Made by a program: the position numbers and the translations under genes. Shown in pieces: positions 12,819 through 21,847 of a stretch of 32,000 nucleotides of DNA (position 1 is its first letter; every line of letters begins with the position of its first letter). Under the pieces are notes generated by a model. The model was not told the DNA's origin, did not search any database, and worked only from the letters and a program-made list of their open reading frames with translations. Origin of the DNA: Candidatus Iainarchaeum sp. (GTDB lineage Archaea; Iainarchaeota; Iainarchaeia; Iainarchaeales; JACQJH01); assembly GCA_016205145.1 (NCBI GenBank), contig JACQJH010000001.1, positions 450,001 through 482,000 of the forward strand, given 5' to 3'.

Positions 12819-15275
12819 ATGAAAAAAATCACAGTCGGCATTAAAGGCATGCATTGCGCTTCCTGCGCCACGATAATCGAGCGTCGCCTCAAAAAAGTTG
12901 AAGGCGTGAAGGATGTCTCTGTCAGCGTCGCGGCAAACAGGGCGGCGATCGAATTTGATGAGGGCATTGCGGGCATTGAACAGTTTGGAAAGGCAGTGGA
13001 AAGTGCAGGGTACGAACTCGTCCAGCCGCAGGGGCAGGATTCCGGCGATGCGAAGATAACAATGCATGTAAAGGGCATGGATTCGCCGCATTGTGCGGGC
13101 ATTGTCGGGAATGCGCTCAAGGGAACCGCTGGAGTGAAAAAATTCGACCTCAGCTTCCAGAATGCCTCGGCAATGGTTGAATTCGATGCCTCCATCACCG
13201 GCTTTGATAAAATAAAGGCTTCGATTGCAAGGGCAGGCTATGATGCGGAACTGCTTGTCGGGGAGGAAACAGTGGACCAGGAGAAGGCCGCACGCGATAA
13301 AGAAATCGCGGAATTGAAGCGCAGGCTCGTTTTTTCGGCATTGCTGACCGTGCCGGTTGTCCTGCTTGCATTGCCGGAAATGCTGAAAACTGTTATGGCA
13401 TTCGAGTACCCGCAGTTCATAATGCAGAACATGGCTGCATTGCAATTGCTGTTTTCAACGCCGGTGATGTACCTTAACAGGGACATGTTTGTGAGGGGCT
13501 TCAGGGGGCTGTTGAATAACATGCCGGGCATGGACAGCCTTGTCGCTTTGGGCGTCGGGACAACCTATGCTTACAGCGCAATCGTGGCCCTGCGCATCAT
13601 TGGCGGAGTCATGTATTTTGAAACCGCTGCTTTGCTTCTCACGTTCATATTGCTTGGCAGGTACCTTGAGGCGATTGCCAAAGGAAAGACTTCCGAGGCA
13701 ATCAAGCGCCTTGTAGGGCTTGCGCCGAAAACCGCAATCGTGGTCAGGGCAGGAAAAGAGGTTGAAATTCCGATCAAGGAAGTTGTTGTCGGGGACATTG
13801 TCATTGTGAAGCCGGGCAGCAAGATTCCGGTTGACGGCGTCATAGTCGAAGGCGAAAGCAGCATTGACGAGAGCATGATTACAGGGGAGAGCATGCCCGT
13901 GCACAAGCGAAAAAATGACATTGTGATCGGCGGGACAATCAACGGCAATGGCTCTTTCAGGTTCAGGGCGACAAAAATCGGCAAGGACACAATGCTTGCG
14001 CAGATAATCCGTTTGGTGGAGGACGCGCAGGCAAGCAAGGCGCCGATCCAGAAGCTTGCAGACACTGTCGCAGGCTATTTTGTGCACGCAGTAATAGTGC
14101 TTGCATTGCTTGCCTTCGCTTACTGGTATTTCGTGGCAGGCCAGCCGTTTCTTTTCGCGCTCACAATCCTTGTTTCAACGCTTGTGATTTCCTGTCCTTG
14201 CGCAATGGGCCTTGCAACCCCGACAGCGGTCATGATTGGAACCGGCAAGGGCGCCGAGAACGGCGTGCTCATAAAAAACGCGGAGAGCCTTGAAATCCTG
14301 CATCAGGCCAAAACCTTTGTGTTCGACAAGACCGGCACAATCACCATGGGAAAGGCGTCGGTAACGGAAATCGTTCCGGTCGGAATCAAGGCAGCCGACC
14401 TTCTTTGCCTTGCGGCTTCCGCGGAAAAGAATTCCGAGCATCATTTAGCGCAGGCAATCGTGAAAAAGGCGAAGGAATCGAGGCTGAAAATTGCAGAACC
14501 GAAATCTTTCAAGGCGATTCCGGGGCATGGCGTCGAGGCAAAAGTCGGGGCGAAGAATGTTCTCATCGGAACTGTTGTCCTGATGAAAAAAAGCGGGGTC
14601 CGGATCGGAAACGATTTGGTTGGCAGGATGCAGTCGCTTGAAGAGCAGGGAAAAAGCGTTGTCCTTGTTTCGTCGGACGGAAAGCTTGTGGGAATGGTTG
14701 CGATTGCCGACACCATAAAAGAGCATGCTGCCGAGGCTGTAAGGCAATTGCAGGCAATGGGTTATGAAACCGTCATGATAACCGGCGACAATTCCCGCAC
14801 TGCAAACGCGATTGCAAAGCAGGCAGGCATTTCAAGGGTGCTGGCGCAGGTGCTTCCGTCGGACAAGGCCGCGGAAGTCAAGAAATTGCAGTTGAACGGA
14901 AGAAAGGTTGCCTTTGTCGGCGACGGCATAAACGATGCCCCGGCCTTGGCGCAGGCCGACATTGGAATCGCGATTGGCAGCGGCACCGACGTTGCGATTG
15001 AAAGCGGCGGAATAGTTTTGGTGAAAAGCGATTTGCGCGACATTGTGACGGCGGTAAAGCTTAGCAAATACACTCTCGGCAAAATAAAGCAGAATCTGTT
15101 CTGGGCTTTCGGCTACAATGCGGTCGGCATTCCGCTCGCGGCAGGCGCATTCTATCCTTTCACCGGCTGGCTTTTGTCGCCGGTCATAGCCGGAGCGGCA
15201 ATGGCTTTCAGCTCGGTAAGCGTTGTTTCGAACAGCCTGCTCATGCGCGGATGGAAACCGGATAAAAAGGTTTGA
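12819..15275 (+). CDS. copA: Cu(I)-translocating P1B-type ATPase
   Basis: 818 aa. HMA1 has GMHCASC. HMA2 is degenerate (GMDSPHCAG). It carries the TM CPC motif ([11 protein letters not shown]), DKTGT, MITGDN and GDGINDAP. Confidence 0.95.
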   Translation: MKKITVGIKGMHCASCATIIERRLKKVEGVKDVSVSVAANRAAIEFDEGIAGIEQFGKAVESAGYELVQPQGQDSGDAKITMHVKGMDSPHCAGIVGNALKGTAGVKKFDLSFQNASAMVEFDASITGFDKIKASIARAGYDAELLVGEETVDQEKAARDKEIAELKRRLVFSALLTVPVVLLALPEMLKTVMAFEYPQFIMQNMAALQLLFSTPVMYLNRDMFVRGFRGLLNNMPGMDSLVALGVGTTYAYSAIVALRIIGGVMYFETAALLLTFILLGRYLEAIAKGKTSEAIKRLVGLAPKTAIVVRAGKEVEIPIKEVVVGDIVIVKPGSKIPVDGVIVEGESSIDESMITGESMPVHKRKNDIVIGGTINGNGSFRFRATKIGKDTMLAQIIRLVEDAQASKAPIQKLADTVAGYFVHAVIVLALLAFAYWYFVAGQPFLFALTILVSTLVISCPCAMGLATPTAVMIGTGKGAENGVLIKNAESLEILHQAKTFVFDKTGTITMGKASVTEIVPVGIKAADLLCLAASAEKNSEHHLAQAIVKKAKESRLKIAEPKSFKAIPGHGVEAKVGAKNVLIGTVVLMKKSGVRIGNDLVGRMQSLEEQGKSVVLVSSDGKLVGMVAIADTIKEHAAEAVRQLQAMGYETVMITGDNSRTANAIAKQAGISRVLAQVLPSDKAAEVKKLQLNGRKVAFVGDGINDAPALAQADIGIAIGSGTDVAIESGGIVLVKSDLRDIVTAVKLSKYTLGKIKQNLFWAFGYNAVGIPLAAGAFYPFTGWLLSPVIAGAAMAFSSVSVVSNSLLMRGWKPDKKV

Positions 15276-16241
15276 CTATTGTTTTCCCGCGCTGAGCGCC
15301 TGGTAGTTTACCGCGCCGTAAGTGTTGTTTTCTTTGAGCGCGCGGATGATCTGCTGTGCCGCTTCGACCCCGCACTTGTCCTGCGCTTCCTTTGTGGCTG
15401 AGGCGATGTGCGGCGTGAGAATGACGTTGCCCAACTGCGTCAGCTCCGAGTTTTCCAATGGTTCTTTTGCGAAAACGTCGAGTGCAGCGCCGCCAAGCTT
15501 TCCGCTTTTAAGCGCTTGAACCAGGTCGGCTTCGTTTATTGCCCCGCCGCGCGCAGTGTTCACGATTTTTGCGCCGTCCTTCATTTTTGAAATAGTGTCC
15601 GCGTTAATCATTCCTTTTGTCTGCTCTGTCAGGGGAACGTGCAATGAAATCATGTCCGCCTGTGCCAGCAGTTCGTCCAACTGCACCAGGCTTGCGTTCG
15701 CTTCCCTTACATGCTCTTCTTTCGCGAAAGGGTCCGCAACGACGATTTTCATTCCGAATGCGTTGCCGCGTTTGGCAACTTCCCTTCCGATGCGGCCGAA
15801 GCCGATCAGGCCGAGAGTTTTTCCCTGAAGCTCGTTGCCCTTGAACGCTTTCTTCTCCCATTCGCCGCGCTTCATGCTCGCGTCGGCCTTTGCGATGTGC
15901 CTGTTCAATGCGATCATCAAACCGATTGCGTGCTCGGCAACGGAAACGGTGTTGCCTTCCGGGGTGTTGAAGACGAAAATGCCTTTTGCGGTCGCGGCCT
16001 GGATGTCAACATTGTCGAGGCCAACCCCGGCCCTTGAAACCGCTTTCATCTTGTGCGCTGCGGCGATGATTGCGGGCGTGACTTTCGTGGCGCTTCTCAC
16101 TATCATTGCGTCGTATCCGGAAACCGATTGCACGAGCTGTTCTTCGCTGAGCCCCTCCCGTTCATCGGCTTCGAGGCCCGCCTCTCTTATCATTTGCACG
16201 CCTTTTTTTGCGATGTTGTCCATTACGAGAACTTTTGCCAT
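15276..16241 (-). CDS. serA: D-3-phosphoglycerate / D-2-hydroxyacid dehydrogenase (short form, no ACT domain)
   Basis: Contains GFGRIGREVAKR (NAD fold) and LTPHIASAT (catalytic His region). It is adjacent to an aminotransferase. Its stop abuts the copA stop with no gap. Confidence 0.8.
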   Translation of the reverse strand: MAKVLVMDNIAKKGVQMIREAGLEADEREGLSEEQLVQSVSGYDAMIVRSATKVTPAIIAAAHKMKAVSRAGVGLDNVDIQAATAKGIFVFNTPEGNTVSVAEHAIGLMIALNRHIAKADASMKRGEWEKKAFKGNELQGKTLGLIGFGRIGREVAKRGNAFGMKIVVADPFAKEEHVREANASLVQLDELLAQADMISLHVPLTEQTKGMINADTISKMKDGAKIVNTARGGAINEADLVQALKSGKLGGAALDVFAKEPLENSELTQLGNVILTPHIASATKEAQDKCGVEAAQQIIRALKENNTYGAVNYQALSAGKQ

Positions 16242-16281
16242 TTTGGTCCCCCGGTTTTTCCCGTGCGATTTTCGCGGATTT

Positions 16282-17364
16282 TCACGCTATTGCCTTCATT
16301 GTGGCGAGAATCGAGTCGATTGTGTCCAGCAGTTCTTTCAGTTGTTCTTCCGTGGTGTCGCCCATGTGCGCTATCCTGAAAGTCTGCTGCTTGAGCTTGC
16401 TGTAACCGTTTGAAATCACATAGCCTTTTTTGCCGAGCTCTTCGTTCAGCTTGTCGATGTCGTATCCTTTCGTGTTTTTGATGCAGCTTAATGCGATTGC
16501 CTCGAAGCCCTTTTCCGGGAACAGTTCAAAGCCCTGTTCCTTGACCCAGGAGTGGCAGATGTTCCTCAGCTTTTCGTGCCTTGCAAACCTCTGTTCGAGG
16601 CCTTCCGCGAGCATGTTGTCAAGCTGTTTGTCCAGGCCGAACAATTGCGGTATTGCGGGCGTGCTCGGCGTATTGTTTTTCTGGTGGTATTTGTCCATTT
16701 CAATAAGGTCAAAATAATAGCCCCTGTTTTTCACTTCTTTCGCCTTGTCCAGCGCCTTCTGGCTCACGGATGCGATTGCCAGGCCGGGCGGCAAGGCAAA
16801 TGCCTTCTGCACTCCGGCAAGGCAGATGTCGATGCCGAAAGCGTCTGTGTCAATCGGCATTGCCGTCAGGCTTGAAACAGTGTCGACGCAGAAAATTGTT
16901 TCAGGATAGTCTTTCATCACTTTTGCGATTTGTTCAAGCGGGTTCAATACGCCGGTGGATGTTTCGCTGTGCACCAGCATTACAGATTCGTATTTTCCGG
17001 TTTCAAGCTTTTCCTTCAATGGCTCGGCCTTGTTTGCGAGGCCCCATTCCACGCTTAAAGCGTCGGCCTGCTTTCCGTTTGCGAGGCTGAGCCTGTGCCA
17101 CAGTTCGGAGAAGTTTCCGCATGTCATGTGCAGGCATTTTTCGTTTGCCGTGTTGCGCGAACAGGCTTCGAATGCGCCTGTGGAGGAGGACGTGAACATG
17201 AAGACCCTGTTCTTGGTGAACATTGCCTTCTGGATTTTCGGCTGGATTGAAGCGTACAGGCTTGCGAATTCCCTGCTCCTGTGCCCGATCATGGGCCTGC
17301 CTATCTCATGCCTGATTTCCTCGCTGACTTCCGTCGGACCCGGAATGAAAAGCCTTTTGTGCAC
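16282..17364 (-). CDS. class-V PLP aminotransferase (phosphoserine / serine-pyruvate aminotransferase-like)
   Basis: Contains LFIPGPTEV and the GVQKAFALPPGL PLP-lysine motif. I prefer GTG 17364 because AGGGGGGA lies 7 nt upstream. The track's TTG 17424 is an alternative start. Confidence 0.8.
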   Translation of the reverse strand: MHKRLFIPGPTEVSEEIRHEIGRPMIGHRSREFASLYASIQPKIQKAMFTKNRVFMFTSSSTGAFEACSRNTANEKCLHMTCGNFSELWHRLSLANGKQADALSVEWGLANKAEPLKEKLETGKYESVMLVHSETSTGVLNPLEQIAKVMKDYPETIFCVDTVSSLTAMPIDTDAFGIDICLAGVQKAFALPPGLAIASVSQKALDKAKEVKNRGYYFDLIEMDKYHQKNNTPSTPAIPQLFGLDKQLDNMLAEGLEQRFARHEKLRNICHSWVKEQGFELFPEKGFEAIALSCIKNTKGYDIDKLNEELGKKGYVISNGYSKLKQQTFRIAHMGDTTEEQLKELLDTIDSILATMKAIA

Positions 17365-17447
17365 TTCAAAATCCCCCCTAATTTCTGTTATATGCCTGAT
17401 AAAAGACTGATATTTAGCCGACAACTTTTTTTAAAGCGTGCGTTCGG

Positions 17448-17476
17448 AGCCGGTTTCGTCCGGCTGGTTCGATGAC
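17448..17476 (+). repeat. inverted copy of the 5' part of the tRNA-Gly intron (hairpin AGCCGG-TTTCGT-CCGGCT plus GGTTCGA)
   Basis: 17449-17472 matches the reverse complement of 625-648 at 23 of 24 nt. The single mismatch is compensated by the base 5' of the hairpin (C-G becomes A-T). It lies in a 184-nt gap between two minus-strand genes. Confidence 0.7.
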
Positions 17477-17548
17477 GGGTATCTCGCGTTGCTCGATACC
17501 CATCTGCACTCAGCATTAAATGTTTCGGAGGCGTGCGACGGAGCCAGG

Positions 17549-18523
17549 TTATTCCTTGATTTCAGCGGCATCGATCTGCCCGTCGCCGTCCAAATCCAGG
17601 CCTTCGACAACTTTTGCGTGAATCCTTTCATTGAAAAGATTTGGCTTGGCAATCTTTTCAACGCTTTTTGCCATTGCGACAACCGCGGCCTTGGTGCCAG
17701 CATTGCGGTTTCCGGCTATGAGCAGAATGCGCTTGTCGCCGAAGAAAGGGTGTGGCGCCTTGACGATTATGCCTGTTGCGTCCTCGGTGTAGGTTTTTTC
17801 CGAAGCCGAGCTTTCAATGCCCCATGGGCCATTGCTTTGCACGAATTTTACGGGCAGCCTGTCGTTTATTTCCTGGCAGATCTTGTTTGTGATCGGCCCG
17901 CCGACAATGATTGCGTTGCTGTCAAGCTTTTCCAGTGACTCGACCATTGTGTCCAATAGCACGAAAGGGTATTTTATTTTGGAGGCATAACTGCCGAGGA
18001 TTGCTGCCAGTTCGACTGCCAGGTGGGAGTCCCTTGCCCTCGCCTTGAGCGGGCCGTGCGGATCGGGCGAGCCGATGATGATTTTGGCTGAAAAAACGCC
18101 CTTATGTATAAACGGTTCGAGGAATTCTGCAATCTCTTTAGGCACTTCCTTTTCCCTGCCTTCGATGGCCTGCTTTTCCCCGCCGGCATCCGGTGTAACG
18201 ATTGACACCGCGCCGAAGTCCGCGGAAAAGAATTTTGCCAGGGCGCCCTGTTTTTCCTGCGTCTTCTGCACCGACACAAGTCCGGATTTTTTCAGCTGGT
18301 TGATGTAATAGTATGCTTTCTGCTCCGGCATGCCCAGCTTTTTCGCCAGCTCGGCAGGATAAGCCGGCTTTTTCACCAGCTCAGAGTAAATTTTCCATGC
18401 GCTATCGCTGGCAAGCGGCCTTATTTCGCTTGCCTTGTGGGCAATTTTTGTGGCGATTCGCCTCCGGACCGCGTTCCTTTCAAATTCGACAAAATCCGCC
18501 AAAAACACCACCACTTTTAACAT
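17549..18523 (-). CDS. winged-HTH protein with an uncharacterised alpha/beta C-terminal domain and a terminal EF-hand-type loop
   Basis: The wHTH reads AYPAELAKKLGMPEQKAYYYINQLKKSGLV. C-terminal domain motifs include IIVGGPITN and ILLIAGNRNAGTKAA. The last 15 aa contain DLDGDGQIDAAE, which fits DxDxDGxIxxxE. Confidence 0.7.
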   Translation of the reverse strand: MLKVVVFLADFVEFERNAVRRRIATKIAHKASEIRPLASDSAWKIYSELVKKPAYPAELAKKLGMPEQKAYYYINQLKKSGLVSVQKTQEKQGALAKFFSADFGAVSIVTPDAGGEKQAIEGREKEVPKEIAEFLEPFIHKGVFSAKIIIGSPDPHGPLKARARDSHLAVELAAILGSYASKIKYPFVLLDTMVESLEKLDSNAIIVGGPITNKICQEINDRLPVKFVQSNGPWGIESSASEKTYTEDATGIIVKAPHPFFGDKRILLIAGNRNAGTKAAVVAMAKSVEKIAKPNLFNERIHAKVVEGLDLDGDGQIDAAEIKE

Positions 18524-18687
18524 TTTAATAATGGTATAGCTTTTTTAATAATAATGGTTGAATTTTTATTTAAATGCTTGCCCCTGCGTTCTGAATTTTT
18601 TCTTAATGCTTCCGCGATTTTCGGGTTGGGTTTTAAATACCTGCGGAAAGCAATTGTCTTATTCGCAACTGTTTTTTGTGGTTTGTA

Positions 18688-20457
18688 ATGTGTGGAATCA
18701 TCGGCGTGAAAGGCCTGAACGGCTTCAATGAGGCGCAGCCTGCCATACTGTCGGGCCTGAAAAGCCTGGAATACAGGGGCTATGATTCCTGGGGAATTGC
18801 GCTGGAGCAGGCCGGCGGGTTTTTCGTTGAAAAGAAGGCCGGCAGGATTTCCGATGAAAAAGGCGTTTCCGAGATCCGGGCAGGCACGGGCATCGGCCAC
18901 ACTCGCTGGGCAACGCATGGAAAAGTCTGCGAGGCAAACGCGCATCCGCACCTTTCAAGGAACGGCAAAATTGCCGTGGTGCACAACGGCATAATCGAGA
19001 ACTATTCGGAGCTCAGGGAAACGCTTTCAGGCAACGGTTTCACTTTCGCATCGGAAACCGACACCGAAGTCGTTCCGCATCTGATTGAATCTTTCATGGC
19101 TGAACCCGGCAATGATTTTTTCGGCGCTGTGAGAAAGGCGCTGCTGCAGCTCGAAGGCAGCTTTGCAATCGTTGCAATGCACGCCGATTCCGATTCATTG
19201 GTTTGCGCGCGCAACGGCTCGCCCCTGCTTCTTGGAGTTTCGGATGACGCGCTTTTTGCGGCATCGGACATCACGGCTTTCCTTGGCCACACCAAAAACG
19301 CGGTTTACCTTGCCGACGGGGAAATGGCCCTGCTCTCTGACAGGCCGGAGGTTTTTTCCATTGCAACCGGCGAAGGCGTTCCGTTCAAGGTTGAAACCGT
19401 TGACTGGAACGTCGAGCAGGCGAAGAAGGGCAATTTCGCGCATTTCATGCTGAAAGAAATTTGCGAGCAGCCGCAGACAATCAGGCTTGCCATCGAGCAG
19501 GACAAGGCACTGCTTGACAAGGCAACCGGAATGCTGCGCGATGCTTTCGGCATCTTTTTTGTGGGCTGCGGCACAAGCTACCATGCCTGCGTTTCGGCGT
19601 CATACATGTTTTCCGGCATTGCGGGAAAGCACGTGAATGCCTGCCTTGCCTCGGAGTTTTCCAATTACACGGATTTCATCGGGCCGGGCGCGCTTGTCGT
19701 CGCGGTCTCGCAGTCCGGCGAAACCGCGGATTTGATTGACGCCGTGAAAACCGCAAAGCAAAAAGGCGCGAAGGTTTTGTGCATCGTGAACGTCATGGGC
19801 TCTTCGCTTTCAAGGCTCGGCGACGAAACCCTGATGATGAATGCCGGCCCTGAAATCTGCGTGCTGTCGACGAAAAGCTACACTTCACAGCTTGCAATCC
19901 TTCTGCTTCTGGCGTTTTCGCTTGCGGGCAAAGCACGGGAAGGCAGGGCGCTCATTCTGGATGCCGCGTCAAAAGTCAAAAAAGTCATTTCCGGAAACGA
20001 AAATGAAATCAAAAGGATTGCCGCCGCAACGAAAAACGCGAAAGACTATTTTGTCATTGGCAGGGACCTCGCATTCCCTTCCGCGCTTGAAGGCGCGCTC
20101 AAGATAAAGGAAGTCTCCTACATCCATGCCGAAGGCTTTGCCGGAGGGGAGTTGAAGCACGGCACAATCGCATTGGTCGAGCAGGGCGTTCCGGCAATAG
20201 TGTTTTCAACCGAAAAGACAAGGCCGCTCATCCTGGGCAATGCAATGGAAATAAAGTCGCGCGGCGGCATGATAATAGGCTTGGACTCGAAGCCGAACCC
20301 GCTTTTCGACCATTTCATTGAAGTGCCAGAAGTTTCGGAGGCAAACCCGATTTTAATGATTGTCCCAATTCAACTGCTTGCATATCATCTCGCATTGGAG
20401 CGCAATTGCGATCCGGACAAGCCGCGCAATCTCGCAAAATCTGTAACGGTGAAATGA
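18688..20457 (+). CDS. glmS: glutamine-fructose-6-phosphate aminotransferase
   Basis: Ntn start MCGIIGV followed by two SIS domains (GCGTSYHA, SQSGETADL) and a C-terminal KSVTVK-type end. I moved the start to ATG 18688 so that Cys is residue 2. Confidence 0.93.
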   Translation: MCGIIGVKGLNGFNEAQPAILSGLKSLEYRGYDSWGIALEQAGGFFVEKKAGRISDEKGVSEIRAGTGIGHTRWATHGKVCEANAHPHLSRNGKIAVVHNGIIENYSELRETLSGNGFTFASETDTEVVPHLIESFMAEPGNDFFGAVRKALLQLEGSFAIVAMHADSDSLVCARNGSPLLLGVSDDALFAASDITAFLGHTKNAVYLADGEMALLSDRPEVFSIATGEGVPFKVETVDWNVEQAKKGNFAHFMLKEICEQPQTIRLAIEQDKALLDKATGMLRDAFGIFFVGCGTSYHACVSASYMFSGIAGKHVNACLASEFSNYTDFIGPGALVVAVSQSGETADLIDAVKTAKQKGAKVLCIVNVMGSSLSRLGDETLMMNAGPEICVLSTKSYTSQLAILLLLAFSLAGKAREGRALILDAASKVKKVISGNENEIKRIAAATKNAKDYFVIGRDLAFPSALEGALKIKEVSYIHAEGFAGGELKHGTIALVEQGVPAIVFSTEKTRPLILGNAMEIKSRGGMIIGLDSKPNPLFDHFIEVPEVSEANPILMIVPIQLLAYHLALERNCDPDKPRNLAKSVTVK

Positions 20458-20458
20458 G

Positions 20459-21847
20459 ATGGCGGAAGAAACTGCAATGAACGCAGGCACGCGGAAAAGG
20501 CGGCTGTTTGAAACCGACGGCATCCGCGGAAAGGCCAATGCCTATCCGATGACGCCTGAAATAGCGTTGCGCGTGGGCAAGGCTGTCGCAAAATATTTCC
20601 TTGAACGCAACGGAAAAACGAGCCACCGCATTGTCATAGGCAAGGATACGAGGCGTTCAGGTTACATGCTTGAAAACGCGCTTGTCTCAGGAATAGTTTC
20701 AATGGGCGCGAACGCCCTGCTTGTCGGGCCCATTCCGACCCCGGCGATAGCGCACCTGGCAAAGTCCCTGAACTGCGACGCCGGAATAATGCTTTCCGCT
20801 TCACACAATCCTGCCGAGGACAACGGCATAAAGATTTTTTCGGGGGAAGGCTTCAAGCTTGACGACAAAGTCGAGCTTGAAATCGAAAGGCTCATTTTTT
20901 CCGACATCGACGCCTCGCACATAACCGGAAACCTGGTCGGCGGGGCGAAAAGGATTGACGATGCCGCGGGCAGGTACATTGAATTCGTAAAGAATTCCAT
21001 TAACAACCAGCCCTTGGACGGCCTGAAAATCGTGCTTGACGTGGCGAACGGCTCGGCTTACAGGATTGCGCCGTGGGTTTTCTCGGAACTCGGCGCGGAA
21101 GTCATTGTCATGAACGATTCGCCTGACGGCATGAACATCAATGCAGACTGCGGTGCACTGCACGTGCAGGGCATGCTGGAAAAAGTAAAGGAAACCGGCG
21201 CAGGCATAGGCATTGCTTTCGACGGCGACGCCGACAGGATAGCGGTCTGCGACGAAACCGGAAAGGAAGTTGACGGCAACGCTTTGCTCGCCATTTTCGC
21301 GCTTGACCTTTCGGACAAGGGAAAGCTGAAAAACAATTGCGTCGTCTCGACGGTCATGGCAAACTCCGCCCTGACGGAACTGCTCGGCGGGCACGGCATC
21401 AGGACAGTCCATACGCCGGTCGGCGACAGGTATGTGATAGGCGAAATGCGCAGGGGAACATCAAATTTCGGCGGCGAGCCGAACGGCCACACTGTCTTTT
21501 TCGATTACAACACCACGGACGACGCAATGGTCGCGGCATTGCAGCTGCTTGCGATAATGAAACGGTCCGGCAAAAAGGTTTCCGAGCTTGCTTCGGTGCT
21601 CAGGCCTTTTCCGCAGGCGCTTGTCAATGTGAAGGTCCGCGAAAAAAAGCCTTTTGAAACCCTGCCCCGCGTGAAACAAAAAATCGCGGAAGCGGAAAAA
21701 TCTTTGGCAGGCAACGGCAAGGTTTTGGTGCGCTATTCGGGCACGGAAATGCTTGCCAGGGTTCTGGTTGAAAGCGGTTCCATGGAAAAATCCGAATCGC
21801 TCGCTGCTGGCATCGCAAACGTGATAAAAAATGAAATCGGCGCGTGA
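20459..21847 (+). CDS. glmM: phosphoglucosamine mutase
   Basis: Contains TDGIRGKAN, the phosphoserine loop SASHNPAEDNGIK, FDGDADR and GGEPNGH. It starts 1 nt after the glmS stop. Confidence 0.92.
   Translation: MAEETAMNAGTRKRRLFETDGIRGKANAYPMTPEIALRVGKAVAKYFLERNGKTSHRIVIGKDTRRSGYMLENALVSGIVSMGANALLVGPIPTPAIAHLAKSLNCDAGIMLSASHNPAEDNGIKIFSGEGFKLDDKVELEIERLIFSDIDASHITGNLVGGAKRIDDAAGRYIEFVKNSINNQPLDGLKIVLDVANGSAYRIAPWVFSELGAEVIVMNDSPDGMNINADCGALHVQGMLEKVKETGAGIGIAFDGDADRIAVCDETGKEVDGNALLAIFALDLSDKGKLKNNCVVSTVMANSALTELLGGHGIRTVHTPVGDRYVIGEMRRGTSNFGGEPNGHTVFFDYNTTDDAMVAALQLLAIMKRSGKKVSELASVLRPFPQALVNVKVREKKPFETLPRVKQKIAEAEKSLAGNGKVLVRYSGTEMLARVLVESGSMEKSESLAAGIANVIKNEIGA

Noticed and set aside
686-17448. 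The inverted 24-nt repeats (intron copy at 625-648 and copy at 17449-17472) as termini of a mobile or invertible 16.8-kb element carrying the copper island
   Set aside because: No integrase, invertase or transposase gene lies in or next to the segment. tRNA-targeting integrative elements duplicate the tRNA 3' part in direct orientation, not an intron piece in inverted orientation. The segment also contains housekeeping serA/aminotransferase genes. I kept this only as a remote alternative.
18524-18687. Possible glmS ribozyme or riboswitch in the 164-nt leader region upstream of glmS
   Set aside because: The region is A/T-rich divergent-promoter sequence without the GC-rich pseudoknotted core expected of the glmS ribozyme. 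To my knowledge that ribozyme is a bacterial element, mainly in Gram-positives. An Infernal scan would be the definitive test.
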